Virus genome (UHGV): UHGV-1368455
Source of the DNA: a virus
Length of the DNA stretch: 64,000 nucleotides
Strand: one strand, 5' to 3'
The notes beneath the pieces are model-generated. The model saw only the letters and a list, made by a program, of their open reading frames with translations. It was not told the origin of the DNA and did not search any database. Within the stretch, counting starts at the first letter, position 1. Each line of letters opens with the position of its first letter. Positions 50,082 through 59,099 of this stretch are shown here, in pieces. Both the position numbers and the translations under genes were made by a program.

Positions 50082-50681
50082 TTATTCTTTCTTTTTGAAA
50101 CTAAACGTCATAGAACTAAGTGGCACAGTACTTTTCTTAATAGCTTTATTGATTTTACGAGCATTAAGTTCTTTAAGTTTATCGCCATCTTTACTTTCAA
50201 TATGTTCGCCAGTTTTAGGATTATCATAATAATATATCTTTTCGCCAGTAAACATATCAATAGTAGTTTGCTTAAAAAACTTATTAGGTTTAGCACGTTT
50301 AGGTTTACGCTTAGGATTCTCAATATTAGCTACACAAGGATTTTCGTGTTCAAATATAAGATTATCTATATGACGTTTAATAAGCTTGTTTATGTATTGA
50401 TTATAAATAAATTGATTAACAAGTTTAATAACAAACCAAAAATAAAAAGTACCATAAATACTATAAATAGGATATGTAGTCATCATAGGACGACCAGAAC
50501 TATATTCTTTAGTACAATCCATATAAACAAGATATTTATCAAGTATATCGGTAATATCTTTATCGCTATTATAATCAGGAGTTTGTTTCCATTTCTGATA
50601 ATTAATTATAGGATATTGAATAACTAATCTACTATGTTCATTAGTTATAGGATTATCAAAGTTTATCTTTAATATCATCAT
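50082..50681 (-). CDS. hypothetical protein with Lys-rich C-terminus (199 aa)
   Basis: Directly abuts ligase gene. Confidence 0.45.
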   Translation of the reverse strand: MMILKINFDNPITNEHSRLVIQYPIINYQKWKQTPDYNSDKDITDILDKYLVYMDCTKEYSSGRPMMTTYPIYSIYGTFYFWFVIKLVNQFIYNQYINKLIKRHIDNLIFEHENPCVANIENPKRKPKRAKPNKFFKQTTIDMFTGEKIYYYDNPKTGEHIESKDGDKLKELNARKINKAIKKSTVPLSSMTFSFKKKE

Positions 50682-51174
50682 GTTTAAGTCTATGTTTACC
50701 TGTTTTATAAACTATAATACGTTTAGGTTTACCAATAAGACAATGACAATAAGCAAACCAAAGAATTGCATCCCATGTTTGAAACATTTTAGGTTTTCTA
50801 TCAATAGTAGTAGCAATACCAGTTTCATAATCAAAATTAGAATAAATCCAATTACCACGTTCATCAACAAGATTGAATTTTTCAATAATATCTAAATCGT
50901 CATCACTATCCAAATCTATTTCTCCATACATATAAATATCTTTTTGATTTATGATAGTACCATCTTTTCTTTCATAACGAGTAACACCAAAATATTTAGA
51001 CGATTTATCTATCCTATTTTCTTCTTCTTCGGTAATTGCTTCCATAACAACAGTAAAAGCGACTTTATTATCATTAGAACGGCAAAGAGTTATTGTTCCC
51101 GTCCGTATCCCTAACAGGTTTATTGTCTTCTCTTTTACTTTGTAATTCATTCGTTTTAATATATTTGATAGCAT
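50656..51174 (-). CDS. hypothetical protein (172 aa; start uncertain, alternative ATG at 51150)
   Basis: Overlaps the 3' end of the primase ORF by ~77-100 nt in another frame. Confidence 0.4.
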   Translation of the reverse strand: MLSNILKRMNYKVKEKTINLLGIRTGTITLCRSNDNKVAFTVVMEAITEEEENRIDKSSKYFGVTRYERKDGTIINQKDIYMYGEIDLDSDDDLDIIEKFNLVDERGNWIYSNFDYETGIATTIDRKPKMFQTWDAILWFAYCHCLIGKPKRIIVYKTGKHRLKHDDIKDKL

Positions 51175-52300
51175 CTATTATTAGTTCATAAACATTATTA
51201 ATAGGAATAGATTTAACTAAATCAGCAAAATCTTTTGCTTTATATTTTTTATTAATAAGAAAAGGCTCGATTCCAAAATTACGTTTAAGCCAAATAGCTT
51301 CACGTTTACCAGTACTATCATTATCCATTAAAGATACAATACTTCCATTGATAGATTTATTTTTAAGCCAATCATATTCATTTTGACGAAGACGATAAGT
51401 TTCATGAGGAATATTTATAACTCCAACTCGCATCTTATCAATATAGCCGATATTGTCAATACGAACTCCCCCGTAGAGGGATAATGCTTGCTTTATTGTG
51501 CATCCTAAGCTAACTCTATCTTTTGTAGACTTAGTAAGTACAATAATATCATAATCATTTCTGTTAAGATTATAAATACCTTCGAGATGATTACAATTAG
51601 TTATAAATCTATCTTGACCTTTCTTACGTTTAGGAAAATATAATTTAATATTATATATACCATTTCTATCAATACCAAGGTTATAACCATAACAAGGGTC
51701 TTTTATGGTATAATAATATTTAGGTTCTGGATTAACTTTTCGATTAATATAATATTGTTCAACAGGATAAATAAAATTAATATTAAGAAAAGAAATAGAA
51801 ACATTAAATTGTTTCCAATATTCTATATCTTGATTATTCCAATCTCTAACAACAAGTTCTATTACTGGCTTTTTACGTTTAATATTTGCAATAGCAGTAT
51901 TAATGGAATTAATAAGAGTAATGTCTTTTTCTTGTCCATAAAATATATCCTTAAATGTAAAAGTAATATGCCTAAGAACTTTAATAAAATCATTTTTATT
52001 AGATATATCATAAGGTTTACTATACATTTCAGACATAATATAAGCAACAGTATCAAAACAATCGCCCCAAAATCCATCATTACCAAAATCCTTAAATTTA
52101 AGTTTTCCTTTATTATTATATCTAAAACCAGCAGTAGGATGAACGTCTACACGAAGAGGATTACAAATAAGTTCTCCAGTATCTATACAACGTTGTATTT
52201 GTTCAATAGGAATACCAAGATATGTAGCAAAAATATTAACTTGTGATACTTTTTCAAGTATCATTTGTTTAGTAAGTCGAGAACTATTTATATTTCTCAT
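51074..52300 (-). CDS. DNA primase with TOPRIM domain (DnaG-like)
   Basis: TOPRIM DxD motif in LMDNDSTGKREAIW. ORF-track start 52372 is TTG and would overlap the upstream terminator, so ATG at 52300 (MRNINSS...) is preferred. Carries motif copy (ALSLYGGVRI). Confidence 0.5.
   Translation of the reverse strand: MRNINSSRLTKQMILEKVSQVNIFATYLGIPIEQIQRCIDTGELICNPLRVDVHPTAGFRYNNKGKLKFKDFGNDGFWGDCFDTVAYIMSEMYSKPYDISNKNDFIKVLRHITFTFKDIFYGQEKDITLINSINTAIANIKRKKPVIELVVRDWNNQDIEYWKQFNVSISFLNINFIYPVEQYYINRKVNPEPKYYYTIKDPCYGYNLGIDRNGIYNIKLYFPKRKKGQDRFITNCNHLEGIYNLNRNDYDIIVLTKSTKDRVSLGCTIKQALSLYGGVRIDNIGYIDKMRVGVINIPHETYRLRQNEYDWLKNKSINGSIVSLMDNDSTGKREAIWLKRNFGIEPFLINKKYKAKDFADLVKSIPINNVYELIIDAIKYIKTNELQSKREDNKPVRDTDGNNNSLPF
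51462..51484 (+). repeat. motif copy 14 (CGAACTCCCCCGTAGAGGGATAA)
   Basis: Inside minus-strand primase gene, read as LSLYGGVR. Confidence 0.9.
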
Positions 52301-52306
52301 CGGTAC

Positions 52307-52354
52307 AAATAAAAAAATAGGGAGCAACCGCATCCGAAGATACAGCCACTCCCT
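52307..52354 (-). terminator. intrinsic terminator/attenuator after SSB-like gene (GGGAG...CTCCC outer stem, inner 5-bp stem with UUCG tetraloop, then UAUUUUUUUAUUUG)
   Basis: Read on the minus strand of 52307..52354; U-run ends 6 nt before primase ATG. Confidence 0.5.
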
Positions 52355-52374
52355 TAATTTAAGCACTAACAATA

Positions 52375-53340
52375 TTAGAATGGCATATCATCTCCAGCCT
52401 CATTCGCAATAGCATCATAGCCTGTACCAAGACCAGAAGCTCCACCTGCCATCATTGGGTCAACAGGAATACCGCCAGCCATAGGACCGCCAACACCAGC
52501 ACCAGCAGTTGGCATATTAGGAGCCTTAGCTTTCTCAATATTCTTAGGAATAATACATTCTTTAATAGCGTCAAGTTTGATAGATGGTAAAGCGTTCTGA
52601 ACATAACGTTCTACACAGCCTTCACCAACAAATGTAGGAAATGCAAGTTCACCATTATTAACTGGTTGCCAACCTTTCTTGTTGTTCTTGATATAACGAA
52701 TAAGTTTAATCCACACAGGAATAAACTTTCCATTTTTATCTTTGTAAATACAAACACCATCTTTTCCGCCACGATTCATAATATTTTCGAAAGCTTCAAA
52801 GAGACTTGTCCAACCAGCAATAACAGTTTCAGGCTCAATAGGTACATAATTACCATCTTCATCAAAGTCTTCAAATGACAAAGAAAGAGCATTAGCTTCA
52901 TCTTCGGTCAATTCACGGCCTTTAAGATAATAAACATTAAGAAGATGTTTAAGCCAATCAAATACAGCATTGACTTTCCATTCATCTTTGCCTCCAGGAA
53001 TGGTGTTAGCGTTTGACTCAACAGCATTGAAAGAAAGATTAACATAATGACGTTTATTTACATCTTCCTCATTTGAAGCAAATGTTAATACAAGACGAGG
53101 AATATCCATACCATTAAAACTTGGCATACCAGTTGTATCTTCTCCAATAGTAATGGTAGAAAGAGTAACACTTTCTAAATGACCAATAAACAAACCATTA
53201 GGACGAGCAAGTTCATGACTGAATTTAAGTCTTGAAGTACCACGAGCACTTCCAATACCTCTACGAGTTACTTTCTTTGGTTGGTTCTCTGTTTGAGCAG
53301 CAGTTGCGCTTGTTGCTGCATTAACATTTTCTTTTGTCAT
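52375..53340 (-). CDS. single-stranded DNA-binding protein-like (SSB-type acidic C-terminal tail)
   Basis: Gly/Pro/Met-rich linker then terminal ...NEAGDDMPF, compare E. coli SSB ...DDDIPF. High GC and Ala-rich like a highly expressed gene. Flanked by terminators. Confidence 0.5.
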   Translation of the reverse strand: MTKENVNAATSATAAQTENQPKKVTRRGIGSARGTSRLKFSHELARPNGLFIGHLESVTLSTITIGEDTTGMPSFNGMDIPRLVLTFASNEEDVNKRHYVNLSFNAVESNANTIPGGKDEWKVNAVFDWLKHLLNVYYLKGRELTEDEANALSLSFEDFDEDGNYVPIEPETVIAGWTSLFEAFENIMNRGGKDGVCIYKDKNGKFIPVWIKLIRYIKNNKKGWQPVNNGELAFPTFVGEGCVERYVQNALPSIKLDAIKECIIPKNIEKAKAPNMPTAGAGVGGPMAGGIPVDPMMAGGASGLGTGYDAIANEAGDDMPF

Positions 53341-53370
53341 GATAAATAATTTTTTAATTTAACGTTAAAC

Positions 53371-53417
53371 TATAAAATAAAAGTCGGGAGAATAACCTTA
53401 ACGATTACTCCCCCGAC
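53371..53417 (-). terminator. intrinsic terminator after 53452..54255 gene (GUCGGGGGAG...CUCCCGAC stem then UUUUAUUUUAU on minus strand)
   Basis: Imperfect 8-10 bp GC stem plus U-run. Confidence 0.45.
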
Positions 53418-53451
53418 CATTAAGTTGAATAGCCAGATGAACAGAAGTCGA

Positions 53452-54255
53452 TTATTCAGCAGACTTACCAATACGAGCAGGCTCTTTATCAGTATAGTCA
53501 CCGAGTATTATAGCCTTAACAGTAACGTCTTTATAACCATCGTTTATAACAACATCTTGCAGGTCTTCAACGTCAACGTCATAAACACGATTGAACTTTT
53601 CAGCATCGTCACCAAGGTCAACTTTAAGCTGTTTCCAAACATTAGAATCAGTAAAGTTCAAAGAAGTACCAATACCTGTAAGACCGGCAGGATTAGCAAC
53701 CTTAGAACCCTTAAACTTCGGCAGCTCGCGAGGAGTAACAAATGCGGTTAGAATTTCCATCTGTTCCTCTTTGGTAACACCGTCACGAGAAAGAGCGTCC
53801 TTAGTAGCGTCATCAGCTTGTTCGAGAGCAGCTGCAAGCATTTCATCAAAATTCTGTGCAATAAACTTCAACTTATCGTTCTTAGTCAGACGTTCGGTGA
53901 TAGACTTAACATTACCTTTGGTATCAAATTCCTTAACACCCTTAGCAATAGCGAAAGCGTCAAACTCTTTATGGATTGCAATAGCAGCTTCAGCACTTCC
54001 GAGTTCAAGCTCATTAGCTTTACAGAACTCAACAATCTGCGGGTCTTTCTGAGCAATAGCTGCGTCAATGTTGTCAACATTGCTAAGAAACATAACATAC
54101 TCACCGTTAGCAATACCAAGAGCACGAGAAACAGGAGCAGTCATACGGAAGTTACCTTCTGTACTAACAGCAATAACCTGAGGTTCAACACTTACATTAC
54201 GCTGACCAGCATTAACAGCACTAAAACCGAAATTCAAACTCTTAACAGTTTTCAT
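53452..54255 (-). CDS. hypothetical Ala-rich protein (267 aa), likely abundant early/replication protein
   Basis: Higher GC, GCT/GCA codon-rich; followed by terminator. Confidence 0.5.
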   Translation of the reverse strand: MKTVKSLNFGFSAVNAGQRNVSVEPQVIAVSTEGNFRMTAPVSRALGIANGEYVMFLSNVDNIDAAIAQKDPQIVEFCKANELELGSAEAAIAIHKEFDAFAIAKGVKEFDTKGNVKSITERLTKNDKLKFIAQNFDEMLAAALEQADDATKDALSRDGVTKEEQMEILTAFVTPRELPKFKGSKVANPAGLTGIGTSLNFTDSNVWKQLKVDLGDDAEKFNRVYDVDVEDLQDVVINDGYKDVTVKAIILGDYTDKEPARIGKSAE

Positions 54256-54327
54256 AATGATTAAATTTTTAATTGTGAAACAAATTTGTTTTTTATAAAA
54301 ATTAATAGTACGAATACTAATTAAATA

Positions 54328-55299
54328 CTAAACATCTATAACATCTGCATCTTCAAAAGAAGAAATGTCGGCAGGAGAAAGGTCTTTACCATTAACTATT
54401 TTAAGTTCGGTAGTTTCCATAACTCCCATAAGAATATCTGATGCAATATCTCTTGCTCCAAGAGTAAAAGCTCTATGAGAAATAAGAACTCGTGGGTATT
54501 TTTTATAAGTATCTTTTTCAAACATATCAGCTTGAACTGCATCAGAATATGTAAATCGAGAAGTAGCAGTCATTGTTTTACCATTAACAACTCTCTCGAA
54601 CTTATATTCAGTAATATAATCAACAGGTTTATTAGGAATACGATATACAGGTATCTTACCAGTTTTAGCTACTTCATTGGCTTGAAGACGATTAACAACA
54701 ATAGTAAATTGTTTAGTATTAAGTTGATAATCTTTATAAAGATTGCCATTAAAATCTTGATACCACTTAACAGGCCAAACATAAACTATGTCATCATCTT
54801 TATTAGCTTCTTGTTTCGCTTTTGCATCTGCATGATTAGTACATCGTTTAACATAATCAGGAAAATTATTGTCAATATAAGCATTAAATCCATCTGTATA
54901 TTCATACAGAGGAGTATAATCTTTTGTACAATCCCAAGTAACTCCTGCCTTTGAAAGTAATGCTTTGACAATATGAACATCAATACCCGTTTTACCATTA
55001 ATAACATGAATATGCTCAATACAAGTACTAAAAGGTAGTCCTAAATCTTGCGCTCTCATAAGAACAGCAAGACCATCGTTAACACTTTTAATTCCACCTT
55101 TCTCACTACGCATAACTTTAGTTAAAAAGTTTTCAGCAGCAGCAAGTTGTTTTTCATCAAAGAAATTAATAGTATTAATACCACCGTTAATGCTTTGAAT
55201 ATTAGCAAGTTCATGCTTTTGAACAGGTTTGACTTCTTGGTGTTGAATAGGATTGTTAGCTTCAACATCAACATTAGGTTTAATCGTTTCTTCTGTCAT
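54328..55299 (-). CDS. possible RecT-like single-strand annealing protein
   Basis: AVLMRAQDLGLPFSTCIEHIHVINGKTGIDVHIVKALLSKAGV loosely resembles RecT QLGLEP...IGYRGMIDLARRSG. GTG at 55302, ATG at 55299. Confidence 0.3.
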   Translation of the reverse strand: MTEETIKPNVDVEANNPIQHQEVKPVQKHELANIQSINGGINTINFFDEKQLAAAENFLTKVMRSEKGGIKSVNDGLAVLMRAQDLGLPFSTCIEHIHVINGKTGIDVHIVKALLSKAGVTWDCTKDYTPLYEYTDGFNAYIDNNFPDYVKRCTNHADAKAKQEANKDDDIVYVWPVKWYQDFNGNLYKDYQLNTKQFTIVVNRLQANEVAKTGKIPVYRIPNKPVDYITEYKFERVVNGKTMTATSRFTYSDAVQADMFEKDTYKKYPRVLISHRAFTLGARDIASDILMGVMETTELKIVNGKDLSPADISSFEDADVIDV

Positions 55300-55356
55300 C
55301 ACTATTTCAAAGAGCGGTTAATAATTACACTGCAAATATAGGAATAATTATATAAA

Positions 55357-56733
55357 CTACAAAACAATACCGTTAATATTTTCATCATAATCAAAATTAT
55401 TTTCTGTTTCATCTATATAATTGACAAACGGCAAAGGTTTATCCTTATTAATCTTTACTTGTTCGATAGTATTATTACAATAAACACGATAAGTTTGTAG
55501 AGTTCCAGCACCAAAATTAATATTAGTAAAACGTAGCTTCAAATCTCTAATCGAATGACATAATGCTGATGTAAAAATAACGCAATTACAAGCTATATTT
55601 AGCTTTGTATCGGACGCTTCTTTGATAGATAAGGCATTGATAATCTGATTGTTAAATAGCCGTTCATTAAGCGTGGACTGGGCAGCCGATTTAATAATCT
55701 TTGGTTTACCCTTATTAACTCCACTCTTATAAAGCATAACATTACCAGTCATATCAGTAACAATAGCATCCTCAATACAATCATGATAATCTCCACATTT
55801 TATTTGTGTTTGATTATCATTGATATATTTAGTAATTTTAGCAGCATATTCTCCTCGCTTAGAAACTATGAGTATCTGTTTATCAAGATTAGCAAGTACA
55901 ATATCTAATATAGTTTGAAATTTAGCTTCATTATCGCTAACAAAATCTCTTCGTTTTTTAGCTATATTAAAGAAATTATACGCTTTCTCGTAAAGAGCAT
56001 TAGGATTGTAAGTATCATCAATTTGTTTAATAAAATCAATATTAGTATCAAGAGTTTCATTCCATCCATTTTGTTTAGCAAAACTATCTCTAAATTCAGC
56101 AGCACTTATTCCAAGATTAGGAACACCAACTTTACATTTTTCAATAACATCTAAACTACCAAATATAGAAATACAATTAGTAATATAATCGTCATATTTA
56201 CTATATTGTTCTGCATCATCAATAGACAAATCAACCCCATACCGATGTTCCTCTACGGGAGAGGTCAAACGGTCAACAGCAACAGTAGCAGAAATATCTG
56301 TTACCATTATATTTGGTAATATAGAACGAACATTATTAATAAATTCATTATTCATAATATTTTGAGTAAGAATACAAAGAGTAAATTTACTTTCATCAGT
56401 AAGATGCTTAATAATATCATAGTTATTAACTCCGATTATAATAGTAAAATGATAAGTATAGTGATACCTACCATTAATAAATTGTTCAGTAAGTAACTTA
56501 ATATTAGTCATATTAAGACTTTTATCTTTAAGATAACCTACTAAACGCATTCGCATTCGATAATCATTAAGAACTATAAATGTATTAGCATTCGGAGTTT
56601 TATTTAATATTTTAGTAATAGCATTGTAAACAAGTTCAAATACAACTTCATCATCAAAACAATAAAGACTTGATTTACCTTTATTATTTCGAAAACTATC
56701 GAGAACTTGTGTAAAATATGTATTTCGGTTCAT
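55357..56733 (-). CDS. hypothetical replication-associated protein (458 aa)
   Basis: No Walker A seen; carries motif copy (LTSPVEEHRY). Confidence 0.5.
   Translation of the reverse strand: MNRNTYFTQVLDSFRNNKGKSSLYCFDDEVVFELVYNAITKILNKTPNANTFIVLNDYRMRMRLVGYLKDKSLNMTNIKLLTEQFINGRYHYTYHFTIIIGVNNYDIIKHLTDESKFTLCILTQNIMNNEFINNVRSILPNIMVTDISATVAVDRLTSPVEEHRYGVDLSIDDAEQYSKYDDYITNCISIFGSLDVIEKCKVGVPNLGISAAEFRDSFAKQNGWNETLDTNIDFIKQIDDTYNPNALYEKAYNFFNIAKKRRDFVSDNEAKFQTILDIVLANLDKQILIVSKRGEYAAKITKYINDNQTQIKCGDYHDCIEDAIVTDMTGNVMLYKSGVNKGKPKIIKSAAQSTLNERLFNNQIINALSIKEASDTKLNIACNCVIFTSALCHSIRDLKLRFTNINFGAGTLQTYRVYCNNTIEQVKINKDKPLPFVNYIDETENNFDYDENINGIVL
56247..56271 (-). repeat. motif copy 15, variant (GTTCCTCTACGGGAGAGGTCAAACG)
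   Basis: Inside minus-strand 458-aa gene, read as TSPVEEH. Confidence 0.7.
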
Positions 56734-56735
56734 AG

Positions 56736-59090
56736 TTAATCGAAGTCTTCATCATCAAAAAGAGATTGATATTGACCACTCATTTGTTTAAGGAGTGCTT
56801 TACCACTTTTAGTACCTTTATTTTTATCTCCTTTCATATTAGGAGAAATACGTAGTTTGATAGGGTCAATAATTTTAAGAGCTTCTTTATAATAATAATT
56901 ATAATTAATATTTCTAAACTCTATTCGCTTATCATCGAGAGAATTAAGAATTTGAACTTTTTGTCCAGCACATAAACCATTCTTAGCAAAACTATCATTG
57001 TGAACTTTATAAATAAATCCACCTTGACTAGAAGCATAAAATCTTACATATCTTTGCATAGGAATAATTTTAGTACCTTCAATATATTCAACATGAAATT
57101 GCTTACCAACATTTTGTGTAAGACAAAAATCAAGAATATTCTTACTATTATAAAGAGTTTCAAGTACAGGAATACCTTTGAAATAATTAACAACAGCACG
57201 AGCAACAATTGGCATAGAATAACCTTTTGATAAATCTTTAAGATACATAAATTCATTTAATGCACCTTTCGCATCAGTTTTACCATTAAGTTCTTCTACA
57301 AAATAGTTATTAATATCTCTATTAATATAATAAAGATATTCTTCACTATCTGCATCAAGACCAGTTAATTTCTTCCAATCAGCGGCAATTTTATCAAAAG
57401 TATCTTTTTTAGATTTATATAGTTTCACAACTATACCATCTGTATTAGCACTTATAACTTCAATACCATTAAGCTCAAGTTCTTCACATAGCATCATAAT
57501 CATTAACTGACCATTAATAGTAACTTTGAGAGTGGCCATTCTATCAAATAAATCCCCTTTCTCAAAACCAAATTTACCATAAATAGAATTAATGACAATT
57601 TTTAATACTTGAGCAAGCACATCAGATGGAATACCATCAATAGGTTCATTACTATGTTTAGCTTTAATACGAGTATCTTTAATCCAAGTTACAAGTTTAG
57701 TAAAAACACTTTCAATCATGTGTTTAGGAGCAATATGATATACAGACATAATAGAAGGATAAAAGCTACTTATATCCCAATGTACATAAATATAACTATC
57801 ATCAGCAATATGTTCCCAAATACTGTCGTTCTTGTTCGTAGCAATCTCTCTAATTCGTTCTATCTCCCCCGTAGAGGGATAATCGGTGAACATTATTTTA
57901 CTTTTGAGTTCTCTTGGCGTATCTTGACTATGTAAACCGCCAGTTGCAATAGTATAAGTAAGATTACCTAATTTTACTTCACGAATGAACGCATCTTTAC
58001 CAACACTATATACAACAACTTTCTTCATATCTGCAAGCAAATCTTGAAGAGGTTTAGTCTTAAATTGAATAAACGGAAAAATAACACGTTTGAAAGCCAT
58101 AGCAGTACGTTCAGTCTTTTGTCCACGCCATTGTTCAGGAGCAAGACCACTAAACTCACTGTAAAACTTAATAAACATTTTATCCGCAATATTACTTCGA
58201 GAACTACTAAGAACATCTATTTTATAAGCACGAGAAATACTATAACGCAATTTAATTTCATCCATGTAAAGTCTAATCATTTCGCATACAATGAAAACAT
58301 CATTTGCATTATAATACATAGTAGGTTCAATCCATTCGTCGATAATATATCTATCCCACTTTTCAACAAGTCTATTAACTTTATCTGCAGGAAGACCTTT
58401 TAATGTAAGATTATTTTGATATAAATGAATATCTTTATCGCTAATTGGAGGAAGCTCATATTCAAGAATTTCATACCATTGTAAATTAATAGAAGTCTGT
58501 TTAAGACCTTTACCAAAATAAATAGTATCTCCTTTCTGATTTTTACCTTTACCAACTTTATTAAGTGCAAAGATAGTCATAATATCAATATCTACATAAG
58601 GTAGCTTATTCTTTTTAAGATTGGCAAGAAGATAATCATGACGAGCAAGTTCTTCATTATCTTGCATACTAATAATATGTTTACTCAACTCATATAATTT
58701 AGTAATAAGTTCTTTTGTTGAATTAACTTGATTAGCCCACATAAGTAAACCACTAACCATAAGTTTATCATATTTAGAACTATTATAACCAAACATATCA
58801 GTACGAATAGCTTTTCCATCATCATCAACAAATGGACGCATATTATTAATAGTTGCAAGCATTTGAAGTAATTGACTATCGTCTTTATCAGTAATATAAA
58901 AAGAACAACGTTTAACAATAGCAAGTCGTTCTTTAATTTCTTTTACAGTAAGTTTTTGAACGAGAGGAATAGGTTTACCTTTCTCGTTTACACAATCAGC
59001 AAATACTCTTAGATAATCATTAACATCAGTAATAGTAATGCTAAAGAAGTTAGGTAAAACTTCAACATCGTAAGAACGAGAAAGTATCAT
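56736..59090 (-). CDS. polB: family B DNA polymerase with 3'-5' exonuclease
   Basis: Exo I YDVEV; motif A DISSFYPSIM; motif B KIVINSIYGKFG; motif C ISANTDGIVV. Carries motif copy (DYPSTGEIERI). Confidence 0.9.
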   Translation of the reverse strand: MILSRSYDVEVLPNFFSITITDVNDYLRVFADCVNEKGKPIPLVQKLTVKEIKERLAIVKRCSFYITDKDDSQLLQMLATINNMRPFVDDDGKAIRTDMFGYNSSKYDKLMVSGLLMWANQVNSTKELITKLYELSKHIISMQDNEELARHDYLLANLKKNKLPYVDIDIMTIFALNKVGKGKNQKGDTIYFGKGLKQTSINLQWYEILEYELPPISDKDIHLYQNNLTLKGLPADKVNRLVEKWDRYIIDEWIEPTMYYNANDVFIVCEMIRLYMDEIKLRYSISRAYKIDVLSSSRSNIADKMFIKFYSEFSGLAPEQWRGQKTERTAMAFKRVIFPFIQFKTKPLQDLLADMKKVVVYSVGKDAFIREVKLGNLTYTIATGGLHSQDTPRELKSKIMFTDYPSTGEIERIREIATNKNDSIWEHIADDSYIYVHWDISSFYPSIMSVYHIAPKHMIESVFTKLVTWIKDTRIKAKHSNEPIDGIPSDVLAQVLKIVINSIYGKFGFEKGDLFDRMATLKVTINGQLMIMMLCEELELNGIEVISANTDGIVVKLYKSKKDTFDKIAADWKKLTGLDADSEEYLYYINRDINNYFVEELNGKTDAKGALNEFMYLKDLSKGYSMPIVARAVVNYFKGIPVLETLYNSKNILDFCLTQNVGKQFHVEYIEGTKIIPMQRYVRFYASSQGGFIYKVHNDSFAKNGLCAGQKVQILNSLDDKRIEFRNINYNYYYKEALKIIDPIKLRISPNMKGDKNKGTKSGKALLKQMSGQYQSLFDDEDFD
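57861..57885 (+). repeat. motif copy 16 (TATCTCCCCCGTAGAGGGATAATCG)
   Basis: Inside minus-strand polB, read as DYPSTGEI. Confidence 0.9.
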
Positions 59091-59099
59091 AACTATTAC

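Noticed and set aside
51074-52372. TTG-initiated 432-aa primase start and other TTG/GTG ORF-track starts (9318, 25808, 40551, 47243, 55302)
   Set aside because: Nearby in-frame ATGs are used instead where they give sensible spacing. For the primase, the TTG extension would run through a strong terminator hairpin. The giant-ORF start (GTG 25808 versus ATG 25910) remains unresolved.
53404-53418. Motif-like ATTACTCCCCCGACC
   Set aside because: It only shares the C tract and is better explained as the 3' arm of the terminator hairpin 53383..53417.
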